DNA from: Hyphomicrobiales bacterium
GTDB taxonomy: Bacteria > Pseudomonadota > Alphaproteobacteria > Rhizobiales > JACESI01
Reading direction: 5' to 3'
Length of the DNA stretch: 64,000 nt
Assembly: GCA_013911885.1 (NCBI GenBank)
Contig: JACESI010000010.1
Span: 6,781-70,780, forward strand
How positions within the stretch are numbered: the stretch's first letter is position 1; every line of letters starts with the position of its first letter. The position numbers and the translations under genes were made by a program. This document shows, one piece after another, positions 25,116-34,426 of the stretch. Below the pieces are notes generated by a model, which saw only the letters and a list, made by a program, of their open reading frames with translations, was not told the DNA's origin and did no database searches.

Positions 25116-26228
25116 CTATCTGATTGACTTTTCCATCGTTATGCTATCCGCCGTTTGTATCAGATCGTGAATGAAGCCGAGCTTGTGGAGAATCGCCTCG
25201 GTGAGTACGAATGGATAGAAATCGTGGTTGCCAATCGATTGGCTCATCGCGTTCATCGCGACCGTCAATGGGATCCAAGCCTCGACAAGAGTGGGCCAAT
25301 CACTGAGCTTGTAGGGGGTTTCAGGCAGACTTGCCGCTTCGGTAACGGCGGTGCCTGCAGTGCCGCCAGCCCGGATCGGCTGTGGTGTGACATTGTAGGC
25401 GAAGGCGGTCTCCAGAGCGTCGATCATGTGGATATAATGCGCCCAGGTCTCCGCGAAATCCTCCCACGGATGTGCACTCGCATAGGCGCTGACGTGATGA
25501 TTGCGCCAATCGGCGGGCGGGCCGTTTTGATAGTGGTTGCTGAGAGCTGCCGCGTAGTCGACAGAGGCATCGCCGAAACATGCCGTGAAATCCGAATTGC
25601 GCCCGCCATCGCGGATCAGACAATCCCAGTAGAAATGGCCGACTTCATGTCGAAAATGGCCGATCAGTGTGCGGTAGGGCTCTCCCATGGCGGTGCGGTT
25701 TTTCTCGCGGACATCGTCATCCGCCTCGGCAATATTGATGGTGATCAGTCCGTTCTCATGGCCAGTCAGGACCCGTTTGATTGTGCCATCGAGAGCCGGC
25801 TTGTCGCCCTTGAGGTTGAACCGGAGCGTGGTGTCGCCATCCGGCCCCGCGCTTTCGAGCGGAAGGTGGAATTTCTCGATGGAATAGAACAAGAGGCGCT
25901 TGGCGCTTTCGAGCCGCGCCCAGCGTTCGATATTACCGGGCGCTGAGAGATCGGGAATGATCGTGGTGCGGCTGCAACTGGTGCAAAGCCTGCCAGCAAC
26001 GCCGTGCGTGTTCTTGCCCGGTATAACCAGCCAGTTGCACGAAATCGCTTCCCGGTTTGCGCAGGCCGCACGCGCTTCGCCATCGGCGCCAAACGCGCTG
26101 GTTGCCGCATCGGCGGAAAGCATCCGGTCAAGTCCGGGCACATAACCAAGAAGCGCTGAACAATTAATGCATTGCGTGTTCTGGAAGTGAACCTCATTGC
26201 CGCAATTCGGGCAGGAATATCGACGCAT
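25116..26228 (-). CDS. zinc-ribbon plus putative zinc metallopeptidase (Peptidase_Mx/DUF2248-like)
   Basis: N-terminal CxxC pairs; EPYRTLIGHFRHEVGHFYW (HExxH) and HPWEDFAETWAHY. Confidence 0.88.
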   Translation of the reverse strand: MRRYSCPNCGNEVHFQNTQCINCSALLGYVPGLDRMLSADAATSAFGADGEARAACANREAISCNWLVIPGKNTHGVAGRLCTSCSRTTIIPDLSAPGNIERWARLESAKRLLFYSIEKFHLPLESAGPDGDTTLRFNLKGDKPALDGTIKRVLTGHENGLITINIAEADDDVREKNRTAMGEPYRTLIGHFRHEVGHFYWDCLIRDGGRNSDFTACFGDASVDYAAALSNHYQNGPPADWRNHHVSAYASAHPWEDFAETWAHYIHMIDALETAFAYNVTPQPIRAGGTAGTAVTEAASLPETPYKLSDWPTLVEAWIPLTVAMNAMSQSIGNHDFYPFVLTEAILHKLGFIHDLIQTADSITMEKSIR

Positions 26229-26554
26229 AGAAAATTCCGATCGAATGGATGTATTGCCGCGCTGGATGTTGCAAGATCTCTCGAAGACCGAGGAGCCCCG
26301 ATCACCTAGGCCTCGCCAGTGCGAAAACCCTGGTCCGTTTCATGATCGGCATGATCTCCATGACGTCAATGTGGGAGCAGAACTTGACCTTTGCATGAAG
26401 AAGTTGCGGTTTTCTCGTATCTTTCCCCGTTCCTGCCGCTGGTTTGATATTTTTTTGCCCGTGTGGCGACGGTGGTGGCGCATATCGGCTTGCCATACCA
26501 GCTTTCACCGGGTTTTGTGCTGAACGTTCGGCCTTGCTGCTGAAACATGGAGCG

Positions 26555-27583
26555 TTGCCTTTGACGATCACAACACGCGATAACCGCATCGATCCGGATC
26601 TTCCGTCTGCGGGCAGCGTCGGGCGGGTGATCGTGATCAGCGCGCAGCCGAACTCGACCTATGACCTTTACATCGCCCCCCGCCTCTCGCCAGAAGCGAT
26701 GGCAAAATCTGTCTTGATTGATCCTTTCCGTGAGGATATCGACCGCGCGCTCCCGGTGGCTGAGGGCGATTTCGTTATCATCAACCGCTATGTCACAAGG
26801 CGGGTCATGGACTGGCTGGTGCGTATGCGCCCGCGCCTTGCTGCGGTCGTCTATGTGCTCGACGATGATCTCAGCGCGATGGTGCGCGATCCGGATATGC
26901 CGTTTCTGAACCGGGTGCGACCGGCGATTACGCTGTGGCATCTGAAGCGATTGCAAGGTCTTGTCAGCCGCCTTCTCGTCTCAACACCGGCGCTCGGGCG
27001 TGATTTTGCCAGTTGGGGGGCGCTCGTTGTGCCGCCGGTCGCCGATCTCGGGGCTTCGGATCCGCGCCCGCTCGATGTCAACCAGATTTATTATTTTGCG
27101 AAAATGCACGCGCGCGAGCACGCCTTTCTGCGGTCGGTGATCGCTGCGCTGATGGATCGCCATAAGGCGGCACATTTCACCGTGACGGCCCCAAAAGGGC
27201 CGATTGCGGCGGCCTGGCGGTCGGTGCCACGGGTGAGTGTTGTCGATGAAATTGCCTATGCCGATTATGCCGGCTATCTCGCGTCCCTTTCAGCGGGCGG
27301 GCTTTTCCTTTTGCCCTTGATGACAACGCGGCTCAACCGGAGCCGCTCGAGCGCAAAGCTGATCGAGGCCGCGCGGTCAGGATCGGCGCCGCTCGTCTCG
27401 GATCATGACGCCTATGCCGCCTATCGTGCGGCGACTGGCGCGCCCGGTCTTCCACCGGTGATGGACGACTGGATCGCCAGGATCGAGGAGCGGATGCGGG
27501 ATCCTGTTCTGGCAATGAACGAGCGTGATAAGCTGCGCGCATACCTTGCGGACGATTATGCGCGTCGCGGTTTGATCGTCTGA
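26555..27583 (+). CDS. putative GT-B glycosyltransferase
   Basis: VVYVLDDDL, VSTPALG and LNRSRSSAKLIEAARSG resemble GT-B proteins of capsule loci. Start uncertain (TTG 26555 or 26561 after GGAG; ORF track gives 26444). Confidence 0.6.
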   Translation: MPLTITTRDNRIDPDLPSAGSVGRVIVISAQPNSTYDLYIAPRLSPEAMAKSVLIDPFREDIDRALPVAEGDFVIINRYVTRRVMDWLVRMRPRLAAVVYVLDDDLSAMVRDPDMPFLNRVRPAITLWHLKRLQGLVSRLLVSTPALGRDFASWGALVVPPVADLGASDPRPLDVNQIYYFAKMHAREHAFLRSVIAALMDRHKAAHFTVTAPKGPIAAAWRSVPRVSVVDEIAYADYAGYLASLSAGGLFLLPLMTTRLNRSRSSAKLIEAARSGSAPLVSDHDAYAAYRAATGAPGLPPVMDDWIARIEERMRDPVLAMNERDKLRAYLADDYARRGLIV

Positions 27584-27620
27584 AGGAGAGATATGCCTTT
27601 CATTGTGCGAAGGCTTATCC

Positions 27621-28277
27621 TCAGGCGTTCTGGTTGATTGCGTGAATTGCAATCGCTTCCTCGATGTCATCGTAGAAGGTGAGGACACCCTTGTCGATGA
27701 TGCAGGCGCTTTCGCAGAATTTGCGGATGCTCGGGGTCGCGTGGGAGATCATGATGATGTTGGAATGCTGGAGCTTGCTTTCGAAGACCTCGTCGCATTT
27801 TTTCTTGAAGCGCGCATCGCCGACGGCGGTGATTTCGTCGATCAGATAGTATTTGAAGTCGATCGCCATGCTGATACCGAAGGCGAGGCGGGCTCTCATG
27901 CCGCTTGAATAGGAATTGATGGGAAGCCGCATCGAGGGGCCGAGTTCGGAAAACTCTTCAACGAATTCAATCACCCGTTCCGTGTCCTGACCATACATGC
28001 GGGCAACGAAGCGGGCATTTTCGAGGCCGGTCATATTGGCATTGAAGCCGCCGGAAAAGCCGAGTGGCCAGGAGACCTTGACATGCCGGATGATGCGCCC
28101 CTCATCCGGCAGTTCGGCACCGGCGATCAGCCGCATCAGGGTCGATTTTCCCGCGCCATTGTGCCCGATGATCGCAATGTTCCGGTTCGGCGGAAACGTC
28201 ATGCTGAGGCGATCAAGGATGACCTTGCGAACGCCGCTCAGATGATAAGTTTTGCGCACATCGCGAAATTCGATCAT
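27621..28277 (-). CDS. kpsT: capsule export ABC ATPase
   Basis: GHNGAGKST, VSWPLG, YSSGMRARLAFG and YLIDEITAVGD motifs; 218 aa with no C-terminal carbohydrate-binding module. Confidence 0.9.
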   Translation of the reverse strand: MIEFRDVRKTYHLSGVRKVILDRLSMTFPPNRNIAIIGHNGAGKSTLMRLIAGAELPDEGRIIRHVKVSWPLGFSGGFNANMTGLENARFVARMYGQDTERVIEFVEEFSELGPSMRLPINSYSSGMRARLAFGISMAIDFKYYLIDEITAVGDARFKKKCDEVFESKLQHSNIIMISHATPSIRKFCESACIIDKGVLTFYDDIEEAIAIHAINQNA

Positions 28278-28285
28278 CGCGAACC

Positions 28286-29071
28286 TTATGAAAGCCGCTT
28301 GCGATAAAGCCGCTCACCACCAAAGCCGATCATGAGAAGAACACCGATGCACGCGAAAAGAAAGGGCTTGTCGAGCAGCACGGATTGATAATTCGGGTAA
28401 TAGCCCTCCCGCATCCATTCGATGCAGTGCAGCAGCGGGTTCCATTGCAGGATGGCGCGAACTTCCGGCCCGAAGGCACTTGGAATGAAAAAGATGCCTG
28501 ACATGAAAAACAGGGGGCGCGAGAAAATAGCCTCGATCTGTTGCCATGTCGGCCAGAGGCCGAAAATGACAGCATTGGAGACGCCGCCACCGAGACCAAG
28601 CAGCGCCGACATCAGAATGGCGAGAAAGACCTGATCAATCCGCGCCGGGATCGTGCCTTCGCCGATCAGCACCAGAGCGGTGAAGAATAGAAACATCACC
28701 ATCAGGTAGGTTGCAAAAATCAGAATGAAACGCGCGAAAATGAGGTCTGTTTCCTTGACCAGAGGATAGGCAAGAAGGCCCTTGTTTGCACTGAAAACTG
28801 CCATCAGCGACGTGCTCAGTTTGCGGTTCATCTCATAAGGCAGAATGCCGGTTGCAAAGAACAGGGCGAAGCTCGTGCCAAGCGGCGGAGCATGGGTGAT
28901 CAGTGAGAAAACCAGCACAAGCGCCGCCACTCCGAGCGCAGGATTAGCAAGTGCCCAGAGATAGCCGAGCTGGGCATTGCCGAAGGCGACCCGTGTTTCG
29001 CGCAACACGAGGGCGACGATTATTCGTACCTGCACCAGCAGCAGGTTTTCTGGTTTTACCGTCGCGCTCAT
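28286..29071 (-). CDS. kpsM: capsule export ABC permease
   Basis: ALVLRETRVAFG..LGYLWA, LLAYPLVK, SGIFF and WNPLLHCIEWMR motifs; several hydrophobic segments. Confidence 0.9.
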   Translation of the reverse strand: MSATVKPENLLLVQVRIIVALVLRETRVAFGNAQLGYLWALANPALGVAALVLVFSLITHAPPLGTSFALFFATGILPYEMNRKLSTSLMAVFSANKGLLAYPLVKETDLIFARFILIFATYLMVMFLFFTALVLIGEGTIPARIDQVFLAILMSALLGLGGGVSNAVIFGLWPTWQQIEAIFSRPLFFMSGIFFIPSAFGPEVRAILQWNPLLHCIEWMREGYYPNYQSVLLDKPFLFACIGVLLMIGFGGERLYRKRLS

Positions 29072-29186
29072 CGTTCGTTTCCATCAAATCCTGCAAAGGA
29101 TGTTTGTGCCGAAGAAGCAAAGGCTTTTCTTAATCCGTGATGTAGTTTGGCAGACGGCGTTCCGTCAATCGGCATGAGACCGGGCG

Positions 29187-30518
29187 TCATCTCAGGTGGT
29201 CGCGAACCGAATAGACCATCAATGTCCCCAAGCCCCAGAACAGAAGCGTGACCAGAAGGACCAGAAATGAGTTCAGATAGCGTTCCGGATAGATCGCATC
29301 TTCAGGCATGCCGGGCGGGCTGAAGACCGCAAGGAAACGCTGCTGGCGATCCGCTTCGGCGCGGGCGCGTTCGAGCGAGGCAAGCGTGACCGTATAGGCC
29401 TGCTGGGCAAATTCCTGTTCAACCTGCAAGCGCTCGTAATTTGCAAGAAGCAGCGAAAGGTTGGACGGACTGCCATCCAGGTTCTTGCCCTTCCCACCGA
29501 TTTCGGCACGCTTCAGATCCAGTTCGGTCTGAACGGAAGTGATTTCCTTGCGTAGCTGCTGGACCGAGGGTGAAGCTTCCGAAAGGGTTACCAGCAGAGT
29601 CGCCAGACGCGCGCGCAATTCGATCAACTGGCGCTCGAGACCTGTGGTCAGTTCGATCTGCGCCGTCGCCGTTGCAGCCGGATCGAGGGAACTCGTATTC
29701 GCCCGGAAATCGCGCAGTTCGTTGCGGATCAGTTTCAGGCGCAATTCCGCCGAGGAGACTTCCTTTTCGGAAAAACTGACAGCGTCGCGGCGGGCCTGCT
29801 GAGAGAGCTTGTTGATCAGTTCCTGGCAGTATTTGACGATCAGCGAGGCAAGCTGATGTGCGTCTTCAGCGTTGAATGCCTGAACACGAAATGTGATGAT
29901 TGACGATGCATTGTCAAAGGCCGGCGAAATCATCCAGTCCCAGTAATCGACCAGATCCTCGATCGGCAGGCCCTGTTCGAGCCTGTAAAGGAAGTCGACA
30001 TTCTCGTTGCCGAAAACGCGCTGAAGATCCATCTCTGCTTGCAGTTTTTCGAGCAATTCCCGGCTCTTGAGGAAGTTGAGAATGATATAGGAATCCGTCG
30101 TGGTGCTGCCGGAACTCGACAATCCCGTGAGGGATCCAAGGAGATCGCCGCCGATCGCAGTTGCATCCATGCTGCGCACCGAGAAACCGGCGCTTGCCGT
30201 ATAGCGGTCGGAAGCGATGAAAATGAAATAGATCGAGCCGAGGATCGAGGGCAGGATCACCATCAGGAAAAATGAGATCGCAAGCAGGCGACGGCGAAGC
30301 GCCTGTGGCCGGAGCTTCGCCGCAGCGCTGGTCTGAAAAGTCTCGACAGCTTTCTTGAGCGGCAGGGGAATGACCGGCGCCGATGGCTTCCCGGCCGGAG
30401 CGACTGCGGCGAGCGGGCGGACGGTCGGCACTTGATGAGGGGCGGGGGCAACGGATGCCGGATTTGCAGGTTTCTCGATTGCCATCCCGTCCGGAGCTCT
30501 TTCTGCTTGATCGGCCAT
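29187..30518 (-). CDS. kpsE: capsule export polysaccharide co-polymerase (KpsE/RkpR)
   Basis: IASDRYTASAGFSVRS, a coiled-coil, LERARAEADRQQRFL...P..P..YP and a C-terminal TM ending SVRDH. Confidence 0.88.
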   Translation of the reverse strand: MADQAERAPDGMAIEKPANPASVAPAPHQVPTVRPLAAVAPAGKPSAPVIPLPLKKAVETFQTSAAAKLRPQALRRRLLAISFFLMVILPSILGSIYFIFIASDRYTASAGFSVRSMDATAIGGDLLGSLTGLSSSGSTTTDSYIILNFLKSRELLEKLQAEMDLQRVFGNENVDFLYRLEQGLPIEDLVDYWDWMISPAFDNASSIITFRVQAFNAEDAHQLASLIVKYCQELINKLSQQARRDAVSFSEKEVSSAELRLKLIRNELRDFRANTSSLDPAATATAQIELTTGLERQLIELRARLATLLVTLSEASPSVQQLRKEITSVQTELDLKRAEIGGKGKNLDGSPSNLSLLLANYERLQVEQEFAQQAYTVTLASLERARAEADRQQRFLAVFSPPGMPEDAIYPERYLNSFLVLLVTLLFWGLGTLMVYSVRDHLR

Positions 30519-30639
30519 TAACGCTCTACCTTTTAAACCGGCAGGTTCATCACTCTATCGATGAGACGATGTTATACTTAATGCTTCAGAACTTAACAAT
30601 GTGACAATTCTAAGGGGTGGTGCCAAGCCGCCTTATAGC

Positions 30640-32091
30640 TCATTTCCTGCCAAATTCGTCATCAAGACGGATGATGTCATCCTCGCCGAGATAAGAGCCG
30701 AGCTGCACTTCGATCACTTCAAGGGGGATCTTTCCCGGATTGGCGAGGCGGTGCACCGCGCCGAGGGGAATATAGGTCGATTGATTTTCAGACAGAATGC
30801 GCACCACGCCATCAACCGTCACTTCAGCGGTCCCGGAGACAATCACCCAATGTTCGGTGCGATGGTGGTGCTTCTGAAGCGACAACCGTGCGCCGGGGTT
30901 CACGAAAAGCCGTTTGATCTGGAAGCGGTCGCGTTTCAGGATCGAACTGTAGCCGCCCCATGGCCGATAGGTCAGCCGATGCTCTTCGGTAAGGGCTGCG
31001 GTATCGGGGTTCGATTTCAACTGCTCGACAAGGCGTTTCACATTTTCAGAATCATCGAGAGAACTCACCAGAACGGCGTCATCGGAAACGATGACCGCGA
31101 GATTGTCCACACCATTGAGGGCGACGAGCTTATCGTCGCTGATGACGAGATTGTTGCGCGCATTCAGCGTCACATGCCTGCCCATGACGCTGTTTCCTGC
31201 CGCGTCGGGCGGCAGAACGGTGCGGATTGATTGCCAAGTGCCAAGATCTGACCAGCTGATCGCGGCCGGCACCACCGAGCAGCGGTCGGTCCGCTCAAAT
31301 ACGGCATAATCGACGGAAATCGATTTCATTGCTTCAAAAGCAGTCCTGTCGAGGCGGGTGAAATCCCTGTCGCGCTCGGCCTTTTTGACCGCGATGTGCG
31401 CTGCATCATGCATGGCCGGTTCGAAGCGGCGGAGTTCTTCAAGGAAGGTGCCGATTGAAAACACGAACATGCCGGAATTCCAGAAGAAACCGCCCTGGTC
31501 CAGAAACGCCGTCGCCGTCTTTACATCCGGTTTTTCGACAAAGCGCCTGACGTCGCGAAGGCCGGGTGCGGTTTCGCTTCCTGCTTCGATATAGCCATAG
31601 CCTGTGGCGGCTGTGGTCGGTTTGATGCCGAAGGTGACAAGCCTGCCGGACCTCGCACCCTGAACGGCGCTCCTTACAGCGGCCTGATAGGCATCATCCG
31701 CGATGATCCGGTGATCGGATGGCATGACGTGAAGCACGGGGAGTTCCTGAAGGTTCTGAAGCTCTGGGGCGTCATCGCCAAGATCCTGGCAAAAAAGGGC
31801 GCCGACCGCGAGCGCCGGGGCGGTGTTTCGCGCCGATGGCTCAAGCAGGATCGCCGCCAGCGGAACATTCACGTCCGCTGCCTGCTGCGCAACCAGAAAG
31901 CGATAGGCCTCATTGGTGATGATGACCGGATCGGCATAAAGATCATCTGCCCGGCAACGCAGGAGCGTTTGCTGAAACAAGCTGCCATTGTCGCCAAGGG
32001 CAATGAATTGTTTCGGATATTGACCGCGGGAGAGGGGCCAGAGCCGGGTTCCGGAACCCCCGGCAAGAATAATGGGTCTTACAGTCATCAC
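30640..32091 (-). CDS. manC: mannose-1-phosphate guanylyltransferase/mannose-6-phosphate isomerase
   Basis: [41 protein letters not shown] and LSLQKHHHRTEHW motifs. Confidence 0.95.
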   Translation of the reverse strand: MMTVRPIILAGGSGTRLWPLSRGQYPKQFIALGDNGSLFQQTLLRCRADDLYADPVIITNEAYRFLVAQQAADVNVPLAAILLEPSARNTAPALAVGALFCQDLGDDAPELQNLQELPVLHVMPSDHRIIADDAYQAAVRSAVQGARSGRLVTFGIKPTTAATGYGYIEAGSETAPGLRDVRRFVEKPDVKTATAFLDQGGFFWNSGMFVFSIGTFLEELRRFEPAMHDAAHIAVKKAERDRDFTRLDRTAFEAMKSISVDYAVFERTDRCSVVPAAISWSDLGTWQSIRTVLPPDAAGNSVMGRHVTLNARNNLVISDDKLVALNGVDNLAVIVSDDAVLVSSLDDSENVKRLVEQLKSNPDTAALTEEHRLTYRPWGGYSSILKRDRFQIKRLFVNPGARLSLQKHHHRTEHWVIVSGTAEVTVDGVVRILSENQSTYIPLGAVHRLANPGKIPLEVIEVQLGSYLGEDDIIRLDDEFGRK

Positions 32092-32339
32092 GGATCAACT
32101 TGCGCCTGCGGCGTGCCATTGTCATCGCCAAAAGAGTGCGCGATAGGTATCATGGACGTTTTGCGGAACCAAGCAATTTACATCGTCCTTGAGGCTTGCC
32201 GTCTTGCGCTAAAGTGTCCATAGGCTTTCGAATGTCTAGTCGTGCCCGTGGTGGTCGATGATTGCGGTGGCGTTCACTGATCAGCGGGCGTTACGAGACT
32301 GGCATTTCCTGTTGGTTTTTTCACGGTTTTAGATTGCGC

Positions 32340-34253
32340 ATGAGGGGATTTCTATCAAAGCCACACCAGCTTCTGCGCTTTGTCGCGAAGCGGTTGCGTG
32401 AGGAGCGTGGCTTGCGTCGTCTTTTGCAGGATATTGCCAATCTTGTTCGAGGGAACGGGATTGCCGGGCTTTTTCGTGAAATTGCCGTCATCGGTAACGC
32501 CGCACAGTCGCCGCTGCGGCGGGATAGCGCCTATCCGGCCTGGATCGCACGTCATGATTATGACGATGAGCGCGATGGTCCGGCGCTGCGGCGGGCAATC
32601 GCGGATGCATCTGGCGCATCCGCTGGTGCTGACGAGAGCGACATGCCGCCTCTTCCTTTTTTGTCCATTCTTGTTGATCTTGGCCATGAGAGGCCGGAAA
32701 CAACAGGCGATATCGAGCACACCATCGCGGCGCTCGAAACCCAGCATTACCTGAAGTTCGAACTCCTGGTCTTTTCAAAAACCGGGATAGGTGAGGTGGT
32801 CGCGGCGCGGCTTTCCTCCATCATGCACCGCCATTCCTGGTTTCAACTGATGACCGGGGGCGCCGCAGATTTTACCGATGCGGCAAACCGGGCAGTCAAG
32901 GTGGCGCGCGGCGATCATCTCTTGTTTCTGCGCCCGGGCGACGGGCTCGGGCAGAATGCGCTTGCCGAGATCGCGCTTGCGGCCTCAAGGCACCGCGACG
33001 CCTCGTTTCTTTATTGGGACACGGATCGGATCGGCCCGGATGGCAGAAGAAGGGAGCCTTGTTTCCGGCCAGACTGGAACAGGGAATTATTCCTGTCGCA
33101 GGATTATATCGACGGCGCGGCGCTGATCCCGCGTGGGCTATTTCTAACGATCGGAGGCTTCCGTCAAGGCTTCGGCGATCATACGCTTTATGAACTGCTG
33201 TTGCGGGCGCTTTGCGCACCGGACAGGCATGAACCGCATCACATTGCCCGCATTCTCTGCCATCGCGCCGAACCGGCGGACGGCCCTGATCTTTCCTCTG
33301 AGCGCGCAAAAAGTTCGACACAGCTTCTTGCGGTTCAGGCCTATTGCGAGCGGATGCTGCCTTGTGTGAGGGCAGAGCTGGCCGCACATGGCATCACGCG
33401 CCTTCGCTATCCGCTGCCCGCAGCCCTGCCGCTTGTCAGCGTGCTGATCCCGACGCGCGACCGGCTCGATCTTCTGCGTCAGGCTGTCAACGGGCTTCTC
33501 CAACGCACCGACTATCCGGCAATGGAAATCCTGATTGCCGACAATGACAGCCGGGAACCGGAGACGCTTGCTTACCTTTCTCATCTCGAAGACAACCGGT
33601 CAGCCCGCGTGATCCGGCATCCGGGCGCGTTCAACTTTTCTGCCTTGATCAACCGGGCGGCGAGCGCGGCGAACGGCGACTTTTTCTGCCTTTTGAACAA
33701 TGATGTCGACGTGATCCACGCCGACTGGCTGGGCGAGATGGTATCGCGCGCGGCAGCGCCCAATATCGGTGCGGTTGGAGCCAAACTGCTTTACGCCGAT
33801 CAGCGCATTCAGCATGCCGGTGTGGTCCTCGGCATTAAGGGAACGGCGGGCCATGTTTTCAAATTTCTGAAGCGTCATGATGCGGGCTATCAGAAGCGGC
33901 TGCAATCCGCGCAGCAATGGCTCGCGGTCACAGCCGCCTGTCTCGTCGTCAGCCGGGAAAAATTCATCGCCGTCGGCGGTTTTGACGAAACCGACCTCGC
34001 GGTAACATTCAATGATGTCGATTTCTGCCTGAAACTCCATCAGGCCGGGTATCGCAATCTCTATACGCCCTATGCTGAACTCTATCACCTCGAATCGGTG
34101 AGCCGCGGCAGCGACGCGGCCAAGGAAAAGCGGGATCGCGCCCACAGGGAACGCGATGTGATCCGCGCGCGCTGGGCGGCCTATATCGCGAATGATCCGT
34201 TTTATTCGCCGAACCTCAGCAGGGCATCGGACAATTTTGCGCTGCGGGAATGA
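32340..34253 (+). CDS. GT2 glycosyltransferase with two GT-A domains, the first degenerate
   Basis: C-domain VSVLIPTRD, DNDS, FNFSALIN, LLNNDV, IQHAGV, NDVDFCL, HLESVSRG, DPFYSPNL; the N-domain lacks the canonical IIP.YN motif. Start tentative. Confidence 0.88.
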   Translation: MRGFLSKPHQLLRFVAKRLREERGLRRLLQDIANLVRGNGIAGLFREIAVIGNAAQSPLRRDSAYPAWIARHDYDDERDGPALRRAIADASGASAGADESDMPPLPFLSILVDLGHERPETTGDIEHTIAALETQHYLKFELLVFSKTGIGEVVAARLSSIMHRHSWFQLMTGGAADFTDAANRAVKVARGDHLLFLRPGDGLGQNALAEIALAASRHRDASFLYWDTDRIGPDGRRREPCFRPDWNRELFLSQDYIDGAALIPRGLFLTIGGFRQGFGDHTLYELLLRALCAPDRHEPHHIARILCHRAEPADGPDLSSERAKSSTQLLAVQAYCERMLPCVRAELAAHGITRLRYPLPAALPLVSVLIPTRDRLDLLRQAVNGLLQRTDYPAMEILIADNDSREPETLAYLSHLEDNRSARVIRHPGAFNFSALINRAASAANGDFFCLLNNDVDVIHADWLGEMVSRAAAPNIGAVGAKLLYADQRIQHAGVVLGIKGTAGHVFKFLKRHDAGYQKRLQSAQQWLAVTAACLVVSREKFIAVGGFDETDLAVTFNDVDFCLKLHQAGYRNLYTPYAELYHLESVSRGSDAAKEKRDRAHRERDVIRARWAAYIANDPFYSPNLSRASDNFALRE

Positions 34254-34426
34254 GACACGGACGGATCAGGCCGTCGAAAAGCCAGTCTTCCTTCAGGCGA
34301 TGTCGTTCTTGATTATGTCTTTGCTGGGCTTTCGGCAGGTTTTGGACCACAATCCGGTCCTGCCATGGCGTCTAATTCTGCGGCCAGCCTGCCGCCTGCC
34401 GCTTTTGAAACCACAGGAATTGCTTC

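Noticed and set aside
30516-30600. TTAA pairs upstream of kpsE as CtrA boxes
   Set aside because: Spacing is 11 bp rather than the 7 bp of TTAA-N7-TTAA.
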